A stretch of DNA of 64,000 nt from Thermomicrobiales bacterium. GTDB lineage: Bacteria > Chloroflexota > Chloroflexia > Thermomicrobiales > UBA6265. Positions within the stretch are counted from its first letter, which is position 1, and the number at the start of each line of letters is the position of its first letter. Below, one piece after another: positions 9,699 through 18,573 of the stretch. The translations under genes were made by a program, and so were the position numbers. The stretch is taken from positions 3,795 through 67,794 of the forward strand of contig JBHOQQ010000070.1 in assembly GCA_042408955.1 (NCBI GenBank). Direction: 5' to 3'. The notes beneath the pieces were generated by a model that saw only the letters and a list, made by a program, of their open reading frames with translations, was not told where the DNA came from and searched no databases.

Positions 9699-9886
9699 CG
9701 CCGGGGGCGGCTGGTCATCATCGCGGTCACGGAAAGGAGGTGAGAACGGAGCACCAGCCAGCATGGCAGCGTGCAGGGCAGTGACGGGACGGACCGCTCG
9801 GTCGCCACGCACTGGCGCGTGGCAAGGCACCGCCCGGCTGAGACACCTATTCGATTGGCCAGCCGGGCATTCGCAGGAGGGACACC

Positions 9887-10894
9887 ATGACCCTGTCTCG
9901 GCGCGACGTGCTCAAGCGTGGTGGGGCACTCGGTGTGGGAGCGGCGGCGCTCTCACTCCCAGCCGCCTCGCTCAAGGTTGCAGCACAAGAGGCGAAGAAG
10001 CGCAAAGTTATCTTCGTGACACACGACGACAACCCGTTCTTTGTTCCCGTCCGCTACGGCTTCGAGGAATTCGGCAGGATGGCCGGCTGGGAGACGCAGT
10101 GGGTTGGGCCACCGAAGCACGATGAGGCCGCCACGGTCCAGTATCAGCTCGATGCGATTGCCGCCAAGCCTGACGCCGTCGGGTTCACGCGCGTCAATAC
10201 GACGATGTTCGATGAGCCGATCCGTAAGGCGCAAGAGGCCGGCATCTTCGTCATCCTCTACAACACGGCATCCGCGGGCTATCAGGACTTGGGCGTCGCC
10301 TACGTCGGCCAGGAGTTCATCCCGGCAGGCATCAAGAGCGGTCTGCAAGCTGCCAAGCATGCCGCCGAACTCACCGGTCGCAAGGACGGCATCATCGTGC
10401 TTGGCACGATCGCTCCCGGCCACAGCGCGCTCGACCAGCGGATGGAAGGCGCGCGCCAGGGCATCGCCCAGTACAACCAGGAGAACGGGACGAACTTCAC
10501 CACCCAGGATCTGACGACTTCCACCGACCAAGCGGAGGCGATTGCTCGCATCGACGCCAAATACACCGAGCTTGGCAATGAGATGGTCGGCTTTGCCGCC
10601 GCCGACTATGTTCACTGGTTCTGCGGGCTCTGGATTGAGCAAAAGGGGCTCAAAGGCAAGTTGGCCAACGGCGGGTTCGACCTGGTACCGGGCGTGCTTG
10701 ATGCCATCAAGAATGGCACGGCGCAATGGTCAATCGGCCAGAATCCCTACGCGCAGGGCTGGGTGACAAGCGCGCTGATCCATATGGCGATCGAGCACCA
10801 ATATCCGCCATTTAGCTATGACACCGGAGCGGAAGTCGTCGATGCCACCAACATCGACATGGTGATCGAGCGCGAGAAGCAATTCACGCAATAG
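9887..10894 (+). CDS. Sugar ABC transporter substrate-binding protein (Tat signal)
   Basis: SRRDVLKRGGALGVGAAALSL twin-arginine signal, PBP type I fold, SD GGAGGGA. Confidence 0.85.
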   Translation: MTLSRRDVLKRGGALGVGAAALSLPAASLKVAAQEAKKRKVIFVTHDDNPFFVPVRYGFEEFGRMAGWETQWVGPPKHDEAATVQYQLDAIAAKPDAVGFTRVNTTMFDEPIRKAQEAGIFVILYNTASAGYQDLGVAYVGQEFIPAGIKSGLQAAKHAAELTGRKDGIIVLGTIAPGHSALDQRMEGARQGIAQYNQENGTNFTTQDLTTSTDQAEAIARIDAKYTELGNEMVGFAAADYVHWFCGLWIEQKGLKGKLANGGFDLVPGVLDAIKNGTAQWSIGQNPYAQGWVTSALIHMAIEHQYPPFSYDTGAEVVDATNIDMVIEREKQFTQ

Positions 10895-10968
10895 CCACGC
10901 TCGCCCATTGATCGAGGGACCAGCGCGGCGAGGTGCGATCGGTTGAGTCTGCAACGATGATCCGCAGC

Positions 10969-10997
10969 TCCCCTCTCCCGAAAATCGGGAGAGGGGA
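10969..10997 (+). promoter_or_regulatory. Intercistronic 11-bp stem-loop between the binding-protein and dehydratase genes
   Basis: TCCCCTCTCCC (10969-10979), loop GAAAATC, GGGAGAGGGGA (10987-10997). A perfect inverted repeat with no U-tract. Confidence 0.5.
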
Positions 10998-11016
10998 CGG
11001 AGGTGAGGGCCGAGCA

Positions 11017-12228
11017 GTGAAAATCACGAAGCTTGAGACGGTGCGGCTTGAGGAATTCCCGAACCTTATCTGGGTGCTGGTGCATACCGATGAGGGCATT
11101 ACTGGTTTAGGAGAGACATTCTTTGGTGCCCAGGCGGTCGAGGGCTATCTGCACGAATCGGCTGCTCCATACCTGCTAGGTAAAGATCCGCTTCAGATTG
11201 ACCGGCACGCCCGCGCTCTCTACGGCTATCTCGGCTACCGCTCCACCGGCGTCGAGATGCGCGGTAACTCTGCGATCGACATCGCCCTTTGGGATATCTT
11301 CGGCCAAGCTACTGGTCAGCCAATTTACCAGCTCCTCGGTGGCCTCACCCGCGAAAAGATCCGGATCTACAACACCTGCGCCGGCTATCGCTATGTCCGC
11401 AGCCGTCCCGCTCAGCTCGTTGATAACTGGGGACTCCCTGCCGGTGAGGCCGAGGGGCCGTATGAGGACCTCGACGCGTTCCTCCATCGTGCCGATGAAT
11501 TGGCGCTTAGTCTCCGCAGCCAAGGCATCACCGGGATGAAGATCTGGCCGTTCGATCCATATGCGGAAGCAAGCGGCGGCATGCATATCTCCGCGCGCGA
11601 CCTCGACACGGCGCTTGAGCCATTCCGCAAGATTCGGATGGCCGTTGGTCTTGATATGGACATCATGGTGGAGTTCCATTCCCTTTGGAATCTCCCGACT
11701 GCGATCAAAATCGCCCGTGCGTTGGAGGAGTTTCAACCCTATTGGTTTGAAGATCCACTCAAGGCCGACAATATTGACGCGCTCGCGGCCTATGCCGCTT
11801 CAACCGACGTGCCGACGACAGTCAGCGAGACGCTTGCTACCCGCTGGTCCTTCCGCGAGGTGCTGGAGCAAGGAGCGGCGCGGATCATCATGCTGGACCT
11901 GAGCTGGGTCGGCGGCATTACCGAGGCGAAGAAGATTGCCTCGATGGCCGAGGCGTATCAGCTTCCCGTGGCTCCGCACGATTGCACCGGACCGGTGGTG
12001 CTGATGGCGTCAATGCATCTTTCGCTCAATGCGCCGAACGCGCTGATTCAGGAAACGGTGCGGGCGTACTACACCGGCTGGTACCGGGAGCTTGTCACTG
12101 ACCTCCCTATCATTGACAATGGCTATGCTTCGCTGCCACCAACGCCAGGGCTTGGCACGCGTTTGCTGCCCGACCTGACCCGCAGACCAGATGCGCGTGT
12201 CCGTGTGAGCGAGCTGGCAACCGTGTAA
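11017..12228 (+). CDS. Enolase-superfamily enzyme (mandelate racemase/muconate lactonizing family, probable sugar-acid dehydratase)
   Basis: VKITKLETVRLEEFPNLIWVLVHTDEGITGLGE N-terminal capping domain. Barrel segments GITGMKIWPFD, MVEFHSLW, WFEDP, APHDCTGP. GTG 11017 is preferred because the ORF-track extension covers the hairpin. Confidence 0.85.
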   Translation: MKITKLETVRLEEFPNLIWVLVHTDEGITGLGETFFGAQAVEGYLHESAAPYLLGKDPLQIDRHARALYGYLGYRSTGVEMRGNSAIDIALWDIFGQATGQPIYQLLGGLTREKIRIYNTCAGYRYVRSRPAQLVDNWGLPAGEAEGPYEDLDAFLHRADELALSLRSQGITGMKIWPFDPYAEASGGMHISARDLDTALEPFRKIRMAVGLDMDIMVEFHSLWNLPTAIKIARALEEFQPYWFEDPLKADNIDALAAYAASTDVPTTVSETLATRWSFREVLEQGAARIIMLDLSWVGGITEAKKIASMAEAYQLPVAPHDCTGPVVLMASMHLSLNAPNALIQETVRAYYTGWYRELVTDLPIIDNGYASLPPTPGLGTRLLPDLTRRPDARVRVSELATV

Positions 12229-12782
12229 CCGATTTCTCCTCAGGGGAGCGACTCCATCGCGCTTCAACGCGGGCGTGGGGCACCATGAGCGTGCTCTGGT
12301 GCGGCATCCGCGTGCCGATTATGACCTCGTTCGAGCGCCAGGTACCCGGCTGACGCCGGATCATCTTCGGTACGCGATGCCGGATCCCGTCTTGGCGCCG
12401 CCCGTCGTGCAGGCCTCAAGGCCCTCCCTCACATTGCTCGGGGCAAGGCGTAACCCTCGCTCAGCGCTTCCGCGCGATCACGAACGGAATGGCGTTGATC
12501 CCCCTTCCGGGGGCTTCGTAGGTTCAGCGCGGGTCTTTCGGCCTGCGCGATCGAGCTAAGCGTTGTCCCGAGCGGAGTGAGGGAGCGCGTCGTTCGGCCC
12601 GCGCACGAGGCGGCACTCAGGTCGATCGTCCGTGAGAAGAATTTGGTCAGTTTCTTGATGGCTCCCACGGCCGCATCCTTGACCGGATTGCGGATCGCAA
12701 CGGAATCTTGAACATCTCCCGCGCGATGAACGCGCAGCAATTACGGGCAGGATCGAACACAGAGAGGAAGGGAAGAGGCGGG

Positions 12783-13154
12783 ATGACGCGGTGGACACGT
12801 GAGGAACTCGGCATCCTCGGAGCAGCCTTGGAGGTAGACCTCGCGGCGCGTCGTCGTGACGGCACGCTGCGACCCCCTGTTCCCGTCTGGATCGTCCGCG
12901 TTGGTGACGATCTGTACATTCGCTCGTGGCGCGGGACCAGCGGTGCTTGGTTCCGCACTGCTCAGGCAAGTCATCAGGGGGTAATCCGAACCGGCGGCAC
13001 CGCGCGGGAGGTAACCTTCGTGGAGGAAACGGACCCCAGCATCAACGACCGGATTGACGACGCCTACCGCGCCAAATACCGTCACTCCAGCTATCTTCCG
13101 CCGATGATCGGTGCGGAGGCGCGCGCCACCACGCTCAAGCTCGTACCGCGCTAA
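12783..13154 (+). CDS. DUF2255-like small protein
   Basis: 123-aa ORF (VPVWIVRVGDDLYIRSWRGTSGAWF) matching my recollection of DUF2255. SD GGAAGGGAAGAGG. Confidence 0.6.
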   Translation: MTRWTREELGILGAALEVDLAARRRDGTLRPPVPVWIVRVGDDLYIRSWRGTSGAWFRTAQASHQGVIRTGGTAREVTFVEETDPSINDRIDDAYRAKYRHSSYLPPMIGAEARATTLKLVPR

Positions 13155-13215
13155 CATGCGCGTTGCCCGCCAACATTGGAGGACCGAGCCGGCGGCAAGG
13201 AGAGGAGGACGAAGC

Positions 13216-14067
13216 ATGACGAGGCTCCGCTGGGGCATCAAGACGGCGCCACAACACACGACATACGACGCGATGCTCAAGGTCTGGCAAGAGGCTGACG
13301 CCACGCCCGCCTTCGAGCACGCCTGGCTTTTCGACCACTTCGCCCCGATCCAAGGCGACTTGGACGGCCCGTGCTTCGAGGGCTGGACGTTGCTGGCGGC
13401 CCTAGCGGCTCAAACCTCGCGCCTGCGCCTCGGCATCATGGTCACGGGCAACACCTATCGTCACCCTGCTGTCCTGGCTCACATGGCCGCGACGGTGGAC
13501 GTGATCTCAAATGGCCGGCTTGATTTCGGAATCGGAGCCGGCTGGAACGAGTACGAGCACCAAAGCATGGGCATCCCGCTTTACACGCCCGGCGAGCGCA
13601 TCAGGCGCCTCGGCGAGGCATGCGAGATCGCCCGGCGCTTGTTTACGCAGCATCTCACCGATTTCGATGGCAAGTACTATCAGCTTAAAGAGGCTCGGTG
13701 CGAGCCAAAGCCGATTCAAAAGCCGTATCCGCCGTTCGTCGTTGGCGGAAGTGGCGAGCAATTGACGTTGCGTGTGGCCGCGCGCTACGCCGACATTTGG
13801 AACTCAACTGCCCAGGACGTGGAGGTCTTTCGGCACAAGGTGCGGGTCCTGCACGAGCACTGCGCCGCTGTGGGACGAGATCCAGCTGAGATCGAGCTTT
13901 CAATCCAGACGCGCGTCAACTACGATGACCTACCGGCGACGGTGGCAACGCTCCAACCGCTCGTCGAGGCCGGCGCCACGCACCTCGTCCTGATGCTGAC
14001 CTATCCCTACCCCGACGGGATCGTCGCGCGGCTCGCCGACGAGGTGGTAGCCCGCATCGGCTGCTGA
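13216..14067 (+). CDS. LLM-class (luciferase-like) F420-dependent oxidoreductase
   Basis: RWGIKTAPQHTTYDAMLKVWQEAD, WLFDHF, GIGAGWNEYEH. ATG 13216 follows AGGAGAGGAGGA. Confidence 0.8.
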   Translation: MTRLRWGIKTAPQHTTYDAMLKVWQEADATPAFEHAWLFDHFAPIQGDLDGPCFEGWTLLAALAAQTSRLRLGIMVTGNTYRHPAVLAHMAATVDVISNGRLDFGIGAGWNEYEHQSMGIPLYTPGERIRRLGEACEIARRLFTQHLTDFDGKYYQLKEARCEPKPIQKPYPPFVVGGSGEQLTLRVAARYADIWNSTAQDVEVFRHKVRVLHEHCAAVGRDPAEIELSIQTRVNYDDLPATVATLQPLVEAGATHLVLMLTYPYPDGIVARLADEVVARIGC

Positions 14068-14124
14068 GCGGCCAAGCAGTAGTCCAGCTGCCACCACCGG
14101 ATAAGACTACTCGGAGAGAGTACG

Positions 14125-14541
14125 ATGCAGATTACAAGGAATGCGACCCCAACAATGGCCGGGCCAAGCGAGTGGTTCACCGGAACGGTCTACGTCGATC
14201 CGATTGCGGTACCTGCCAATGGATCGCGACTCTCCGCGAGCATCGTTCGCTTCGCGCCGGGCGCGCGCACTGCCTGGCACACACATCCCAATGAGCAGAC
14301 GATCTATGTGGTCGAGGGCATCGGCCGGTGCCAGCGGCGCGGCGGGCCGGTCGAGATCTTCCGCCCCGGTGACCGCGTCTTCTTCGAGCCAGGCGAGGAA
14401 CACTGGCACGGAGCCGACCCCAACCGCTTTATGACGCACATTGCCATGCTCGACGTTGACGATCAGGGCACCAGCGCGACCTGGGGAGAGCACGTTACCG
14501 ACGCGGAGTACGATCAGCCGGCTGAGTCAGCACCTGCATAG
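14125..14541 (+). CDS. Cupin-domain protein
   Basis: TAWHTHPNEQTIYVVEG and PGEEHWHG cupin motifs. SD GGAGAGAG. Confidence 0.85.
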   Translation: MQITRNATPTMAGPSEWFTGTVYVDPIAVPANGSRLSASIVRFAPGARTAWHTHPNEQTIYVVEGIGRCQRRGGPVEIFRPGDRVFFEPGEEHWHGADPNRFMTHIAMLDVDDQGTSATWGEHVTDAEYDQPAESAPA

Positions 14542-14626
14542 CCACGGTGCTGAACTACCAGATGGGTGAGCTCCCACACGCTCCGCCGCTGCAAGACAGC
14601 CAGCCAGCGTGACGGAGGTACCTCCC

Positions 14627-15397
14627 ATGCCAGTGCACGCCCTGTAGATCGGCGATTCAGAGACGGTTGTCTGCCGCTATGCCGTCGACGCGGATGTCTT
14701 CGAGCAAGCGTATGTCAATGACAATGGGCGCTTTCTGCGCGATGCACTCGCCGGACATCCAGAGATTCACATCCGCCACACCGTCCCAACCGCAGTGCCA
14801 CACGAGTTCCCAATCAACGAGCTCGATCTGAACGCCTATGACGTCGTTATCTTCAGCGACGTCGGCTACAACTCGATGATCTTCTACCCCGGCCTGACGC
14901 CGCCATACGAATACCCGCTCGGTCCCGATCGCTGTCAGATGGTTGCCGATTTTGTTGCCAGGGGCGGTGGATTCATCATGGTCGGGGGCTATCTCTCCTT
15001 CGCCGGCTTCAACGGGATCGCCCGCTACCACGGTACCGTCATCGAAGAGATCCTGCCAGTCGGCATCGCTCCTCATGACGACCGCGTCGAGGTCGTCGCT
15101 GGATTTCGCTTCGAGATCGTCGATCCCAAGCACCCCATAGTCGCCGGACTCGACTGGTCGGGAGCGCGCTTCACCCTCTGCGGCTACAACCGCGTGCGCC
15201 TCAAGCCCGGTGCGCACCTCGCCGCCCGCCACGGCGACGATCCGATCATCGCCACAGGCTCTCATGGCAACGGCCGCACCGCCATCTTTGCCTCGGATGT
15301 CGCGCCACACTGGGCGGGCGACTTCGTGCGCTGGGAAGGCTACCCCCGCTTCTGGGCGCAGATGCTAACCTGGCTGGCCGGAAGCACATCTCGCTAA
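14627..15397 (+). pseudogene. GATase1-like (putative glutamine amidotransferase/DUF1355-like) gene with in-frame TAG at codon 7
   Basis: GGAGG SD, then ATG 14627 and MPVHAL, then TAG (14645-14647). 49 coding-looking codons follow (IGDSETVVCRYAVDADVFEQAY...) with no ATG/GTG/TTG until GTG 14795. All of this is in one frame. Confidence 0.7.
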
Positions 15398-15496
15398 GAA
15401 ATCCGCATACCTGTTTGGGTCTCCCCGCCACCGCTCGGCGATAATGCACGGTGATACGGCCCGGAACGCTTCGCTTGCGAAAGGATAGTACCTGGC

Positions 15497-17104
15497 ATGA
15501 CGGCTCCAACCCTCGCAATTCTCGGCGCTCGCCTCCGCACGCTTGATCCTCATCGCCCGTTTGCCTCGGCGGTGGCTATGCGCGACGGCTTCATCGTCGA
15601 GGTGGGAGACGACGCCACCGTGCGCGCCACCTGCGACGCCACTACTGAGATCATTGATGGCCAGGGGCTGGCCATCGTCCCCGGCCTGACCGACAGCCAC
15701 TTCCATCCGTTCTGGGGTGCCGAGGCCACCCGCGGCGCCGACTTGACGCGCGTTAGAACACCCAATGAGCTACGCGCGGCGCTAGCCGCCGAGCGGGAGA
15801 AGGTCGGGCCAGATGCCTGGATCATCGGCTGGGGCCTCGTCTTCGAAGTCTTTGAGGAAACCGGTATCCGCGGCGATGTCTTCGACACCGCCATCGGTGG
15901 CCAGCCCGCTTTCCTGGCCTTCTTCGATGGGCACACTGCTGTCGTGAACCAGGCGGCTCTGCGGCTCGGAGGTGTCACTGGCCGCGAAACGTTTCAAGAC
16001 AACTCGGAGGTCGTCTGTGATGCTGACGGCACGCCGACCGGCGAGTTGCGGGAAGCCGGGGCGATGGACCTAGTTCGGCGGGCAATACCGGAGCCAACCG
16101 CTGCTGAGCGGTACCGCTGGTACGTCGAGGCGATGAAACAATGGAACGCCGTGGGCCTGACAGGCGTCCACGCGATGGACGGCAGCCCGGCCACCTTCGA
16201 TCTCCTACGCGAGTTAGAAGGCAACGGTGATCTGACTGTCCGCATGGTCGTACCGCTCTGGCAAAAGCCGGAAATGACCCTTGACGACATGCGGGCACAG
16301 CTTCCGTTGCGGGATGAGCGGGGCCGGCTCTGGCGTGGCGGCGTGGCGAAGTTCTTCATTGATGGCGTGACCGAGACCGGCACGGCGTGGCTCTATGAGC
16401 CGGACACCCTCGGCGAAGGAACCAAACCATTTTGGCCAGACCCGGACTATTACGCCCAGGCAGTCAAGCTCTTTGCCGAAGCAGGATTTCAGTGCGCTAC
16501 GCATGCCGTCGGAGATCGCGCGGTTCGCTGCGCGCTCGATGCCTATCGCGCGGCGGGGGCGGCTCCCGGCGTTCGACACCGCATCGAGCACATCGAGCAA
16601 CTCGTGGACGAGGACCTCCCGCGCTTTGCCGCGCAGGGCGTTGTTGCCTCGATGCAGCCGCTGCACATGGCCGCGTACCGGCCGGATGGCAGCGACGCGG
16701 CCCAAAGCCGGCTCGGACAGGAGCGGCGCGCGCGAGCCTTCCGGTGCCAGGACTTGCGCCGCTCTGGCGCAATCCTAGCGCTCGGGTCCGACTGGATGGT
16801 GGCGCCATTCGATCCGCGGATCGGGATGGCCTGGGCACGGCTGCGGCGGCCCGGTGGCGAGCCGGACTTCGTGCCGGTGCTACCCGAGCAAGCGCTGACA
16901 CCGCTGCAGGCGCTCGAAGGCTACACAAGCGAGGCGGCGCGAGCAATTTCCGAGGAGCACCTCTCCGGCCGGATCGCTCCCGGCTACCACGCCGACCTGA
17001 CCGCCTTTGCCGAGGACCCGGTCGAGTGTGATGCGGACGCCCTGGTTCGGCTGCCAGTCTGTCTGACGGTAGTGGATGGGCGCGTCGTGCACCGGCTGCC
17101 GTAG
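15497..17104 (+). CDS. Amidohydrolase-family metal-dependent hydrolase (Amidohydro_3 type)
   Basis: PGLTDSHFHP, THAVGDRAV, HRIEHIEQ, GSDWMVAP motifs. Confidence 0.85.
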   Translation: MTAPTLAILGARLRTLDPHRPFASAVAMRDGFIVEVGDDATVRATCDATTEIIDGQGLAIVPGLTDSHFHPFWGAEATRGADLTRVRTPNELRAALAAEREKVGPDAWIIGWGLVFEVFEETGIRGDVFDTAIGGQPAFLAFFDGHTAVVNQAALRLGGVTGRETFQDNSEVVCDADGTPTGELREAGAMDLVRRAIPEPTAAERYRWYVEAMKQWNAVGLTGVHAMDGSPATFDLLRELEGNGDLTVRMVVPLWQKPEMTLDDMRAQLPLRDERGRLWRGGVAKFFIDGVTETGTAWLYEPDTLGEGTKPFWPDPDYYAQAVKLFAEAGFQCATHAVGDRAVRCALDAYRAAGAAPGVRHRIEHIEQLVDEDLPRFAAQGVVASMQPLHMAAYRPDGSDAAQSRLGQERRARAFRCQDLRRSGAILALGSDWMVAPFDPRIGMAWARLRRPGGEPDFVPVLPEQALTPLQALEGYTSEAARAISEEHLSGRIAPGYHADLTAFAEDPVECDADALVRLPVCLTVVDGRVVHRLP

Positions 17105-17430
17105 AAGGGATCAGGAGTCAGGGGTTGGGGGTCGGTGTGGGGGCTAGGGGTTAGGGGCTGGGGGCTGGGGGCTGGGGGCTAGGGAAGGTTCGAGCTTCGA
17201 GCTTCGAGCTTTGAGCTATCAGCCGTCAGCTATCAGGTGTCAGCAGGTGGAGGGGCGTGATGCATTGTGCCCCTCCATAACAGGATGGGAGAGATCTGTG
17301 GCCCCCGAACGCTAGTGTTGGGGGCAAACGACCGTGTCTGCCCTCGCCATCAGCCGTCAGGCTGCGTAGGGGCGCGATTCATTGCGCTCCGCCATGATCG
17401 GCATGGGAGGCGCCGGTGGCCTCCCGAGCC
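17105..17430 (+). repeat. Composite intergenic repeat, copy 1: G-run array + CGAGCTT heptamers + TCAG block + GC hairpins
   Basis: 17107-17184 holds at least 9 G4-5 runs, including GGGGTTAGGGGCT(GGGGGCT)x3. 17191-17217 has CGAGCTT x3. Hairpin GGAGGGGC..GCCCCTCC at 17249-17276. Module CAGCCGTCAGG-N9-GGGGCGCGATTCATTGCGCTCC at 17351-17390. Hairpin GGGAGGC..GCCTCCC at 17405-17425. Confidence 0.85.
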
Positions 17431-17489
17431 GTCATGTATCTGCCGATAGCCGCACGGAACTTCCTAGCGGTGTCCGCAGGGGCGAACTC

Positions 17490-17518
17490 TGGACACGGCG
17501 GCGCGGGTGCGCTATGAT
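17490..17518 (+). promoter_or_regulatory. Promoter of the LacI-family gene
   Basis: TGGACA (17490-17495), 17 nt spacer, TATGAT (17513-17518). Confidence 0.55.
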
Positions 17519-17531
17519 GCCAAAAACGCTT

Positions 17532-17547
17532 CCGGAAACGTTTCCGG
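17532..17547. promoter_or_regulatory. Perfect 16-bp LacI-type operator palindrome
   Basis: CCGGAAACGTTTCCGG is its own reverse complement. It lies about 10 nt downstream of the predicted transcription start, in the leader of the LacI-family gene. Confidence 0.7.
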
Positions 17548-17571
17548 AGTGACCGAGCAAGGATGCAACGC

Positions 17572-18573
17572 ATGCCGACGATCCGTGATGTCGCCCGTGA
17601 GGCTGGGGTCTCCGTTACCGCGGCCTCCCGCGCCCTCAATGGCCGGGGCGAGCTCAGTTCCGAAAAGCGCGCCCGCGTGTTGGAAGCCGCCGCCCGCCTC
17701 AACTTCGTCCCCAGCGCAGTGGCCCGCGCCCTCGTCTCCGGCAAAACGAAGACGCTTGGTATGGTCATCACCGACAACGCCAGCCCCGTCTACGCCGACA
17801 TCGTCAAGGGCGTGGAAGCCTCGGCCAAGCGCGCCGGCTTCGGCCTCCTCCTCTGCAATTCCGCCGACTCCCAGGACCAGGCGCTCGCGTGCCTGGCATT
17901 ATTCCAGGCCAAGCAGGTCGATGGGGTGCTGCTGACACCCGTTCAGTCCGATCGCCGCGACATTGAATTCCTCCAGCAGGCTGGCATTCCCCACATCCTG
18001 CTGCTGCGCCACTTCGGCGATCCGGATACCGATGCTGTCATCACCGACAACGTCGCGGGCGGCAAGCTGGCCACCAGCCACTTGATCGAGCTCGGCCACA
18101 CGCGCATCGCCCACATTGCCGGACCGGCGCACACCTCCAGCGCCCAGGGCCGGCTGGCTGGCTATCTCGCCGCGTTGCGCGCGCACGGCCTGGCGAGCGA
18201 TCCGGCGCTGATCCGCCACGCGCCATATACCGTTGAAGGCGGCTACCAGGCGGCGCTGCCGCTCCTGTCTGACTCGGACCGGCCGACCGCGCTCTTCGCC
18301 GCCAACGATCTGATCGCGATCGGCGTGATGAAGGCCGCTCGTGAGCTCGGCCTGCGCATTCCGGATGATCTGGCGCTCGTAGGAGGGGACAACATCGAGT
18401 TGGCCGAGTATCTCGCCGTTCCACTGACCACCTTCCACCAGCCTGGCCGGGAGATCGGCGCCCGTGGCGCGGAGCTCCTCCTCGCCCGGCTGCACGGCGA
18501 TCGGGAAGGCGCCGTGCAGGTCGTCCTTCCCACCGAGCTGATCGTCCGGGCATCGTCGGGAGGGCTATCATGA
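17572..18573 (+). CDS. LacI-family transcriptional regulator
   Basis: HTH PTIRDVAREAGVSVTAASRALNG plus a sugar-binding PBP core. ATG 17572 follows AAGGA (the ORF-track ATG 17563 has no SD). Confidence 0.9.
   Translation: MPTIRDVAREAGVSVTAASRALNGRGELSSEKRARVLEAAARLNFVPSAVARALVSGKTKTLGMVITDNASPVYADIVKGVEASAKRAGFGLLLCNSADSQDQALACLALFQAKQVDGVLLTPVQSDRRDIEFLQQAGIPHILLLRHFGDPDTDAVITDNVAGGKLATSHLIELGHTRIAHIAGPAHTSSAQGRLAGYLAALRAHGLASDPALIRHAPYTVEGGYQAALPLLSDSDRPTALFAANDLIAIGVMKAARELGLRIPDDLALVGGDNIELAEYLAVPLTTFHQPGREIGARGAELLLARLHGDREGAVQVVLPTELIVRASSGGLS

Noticed and set aside
7887-12228. GntR-ABC-dehydratase cluster as something novel
   Set aside because: This is the standard architecture for a sugar-acid uptake and dehydration locus (regulator, ATPase, permease, binding protein, enolase-superfamily dehydratase, nearby SDR). 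Nothing in it is unexplained apart from the hairpin, which is reported separately.
14645-14647. Stop-codon reassignment or selenocysteine/pyrrolysine as the explanation for the in-frame TAG/TGA codons (also 18963, 20340, 58614)
   Set aside because: TAG and TGA terminate many intact genes in the same window at family-typical C-termini. The interrupted positions correspond to Tyr/Gly/Trp-type conserved residues rather than Cys. No SECIS-like hairpin follows the TGAs, and no pyl/sel genes are present in the window.
17107-17217. Possible CRISPR array or VNTR (GGGGGCT and CGAGCTT tandem units)
   Set aside because: The units are 7 nt with no spacers. There are no cas genes and no 24-48-nt repeat/spacer periodicity. 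This is a low-complexity module of the composite repeat, not a CRISPR.
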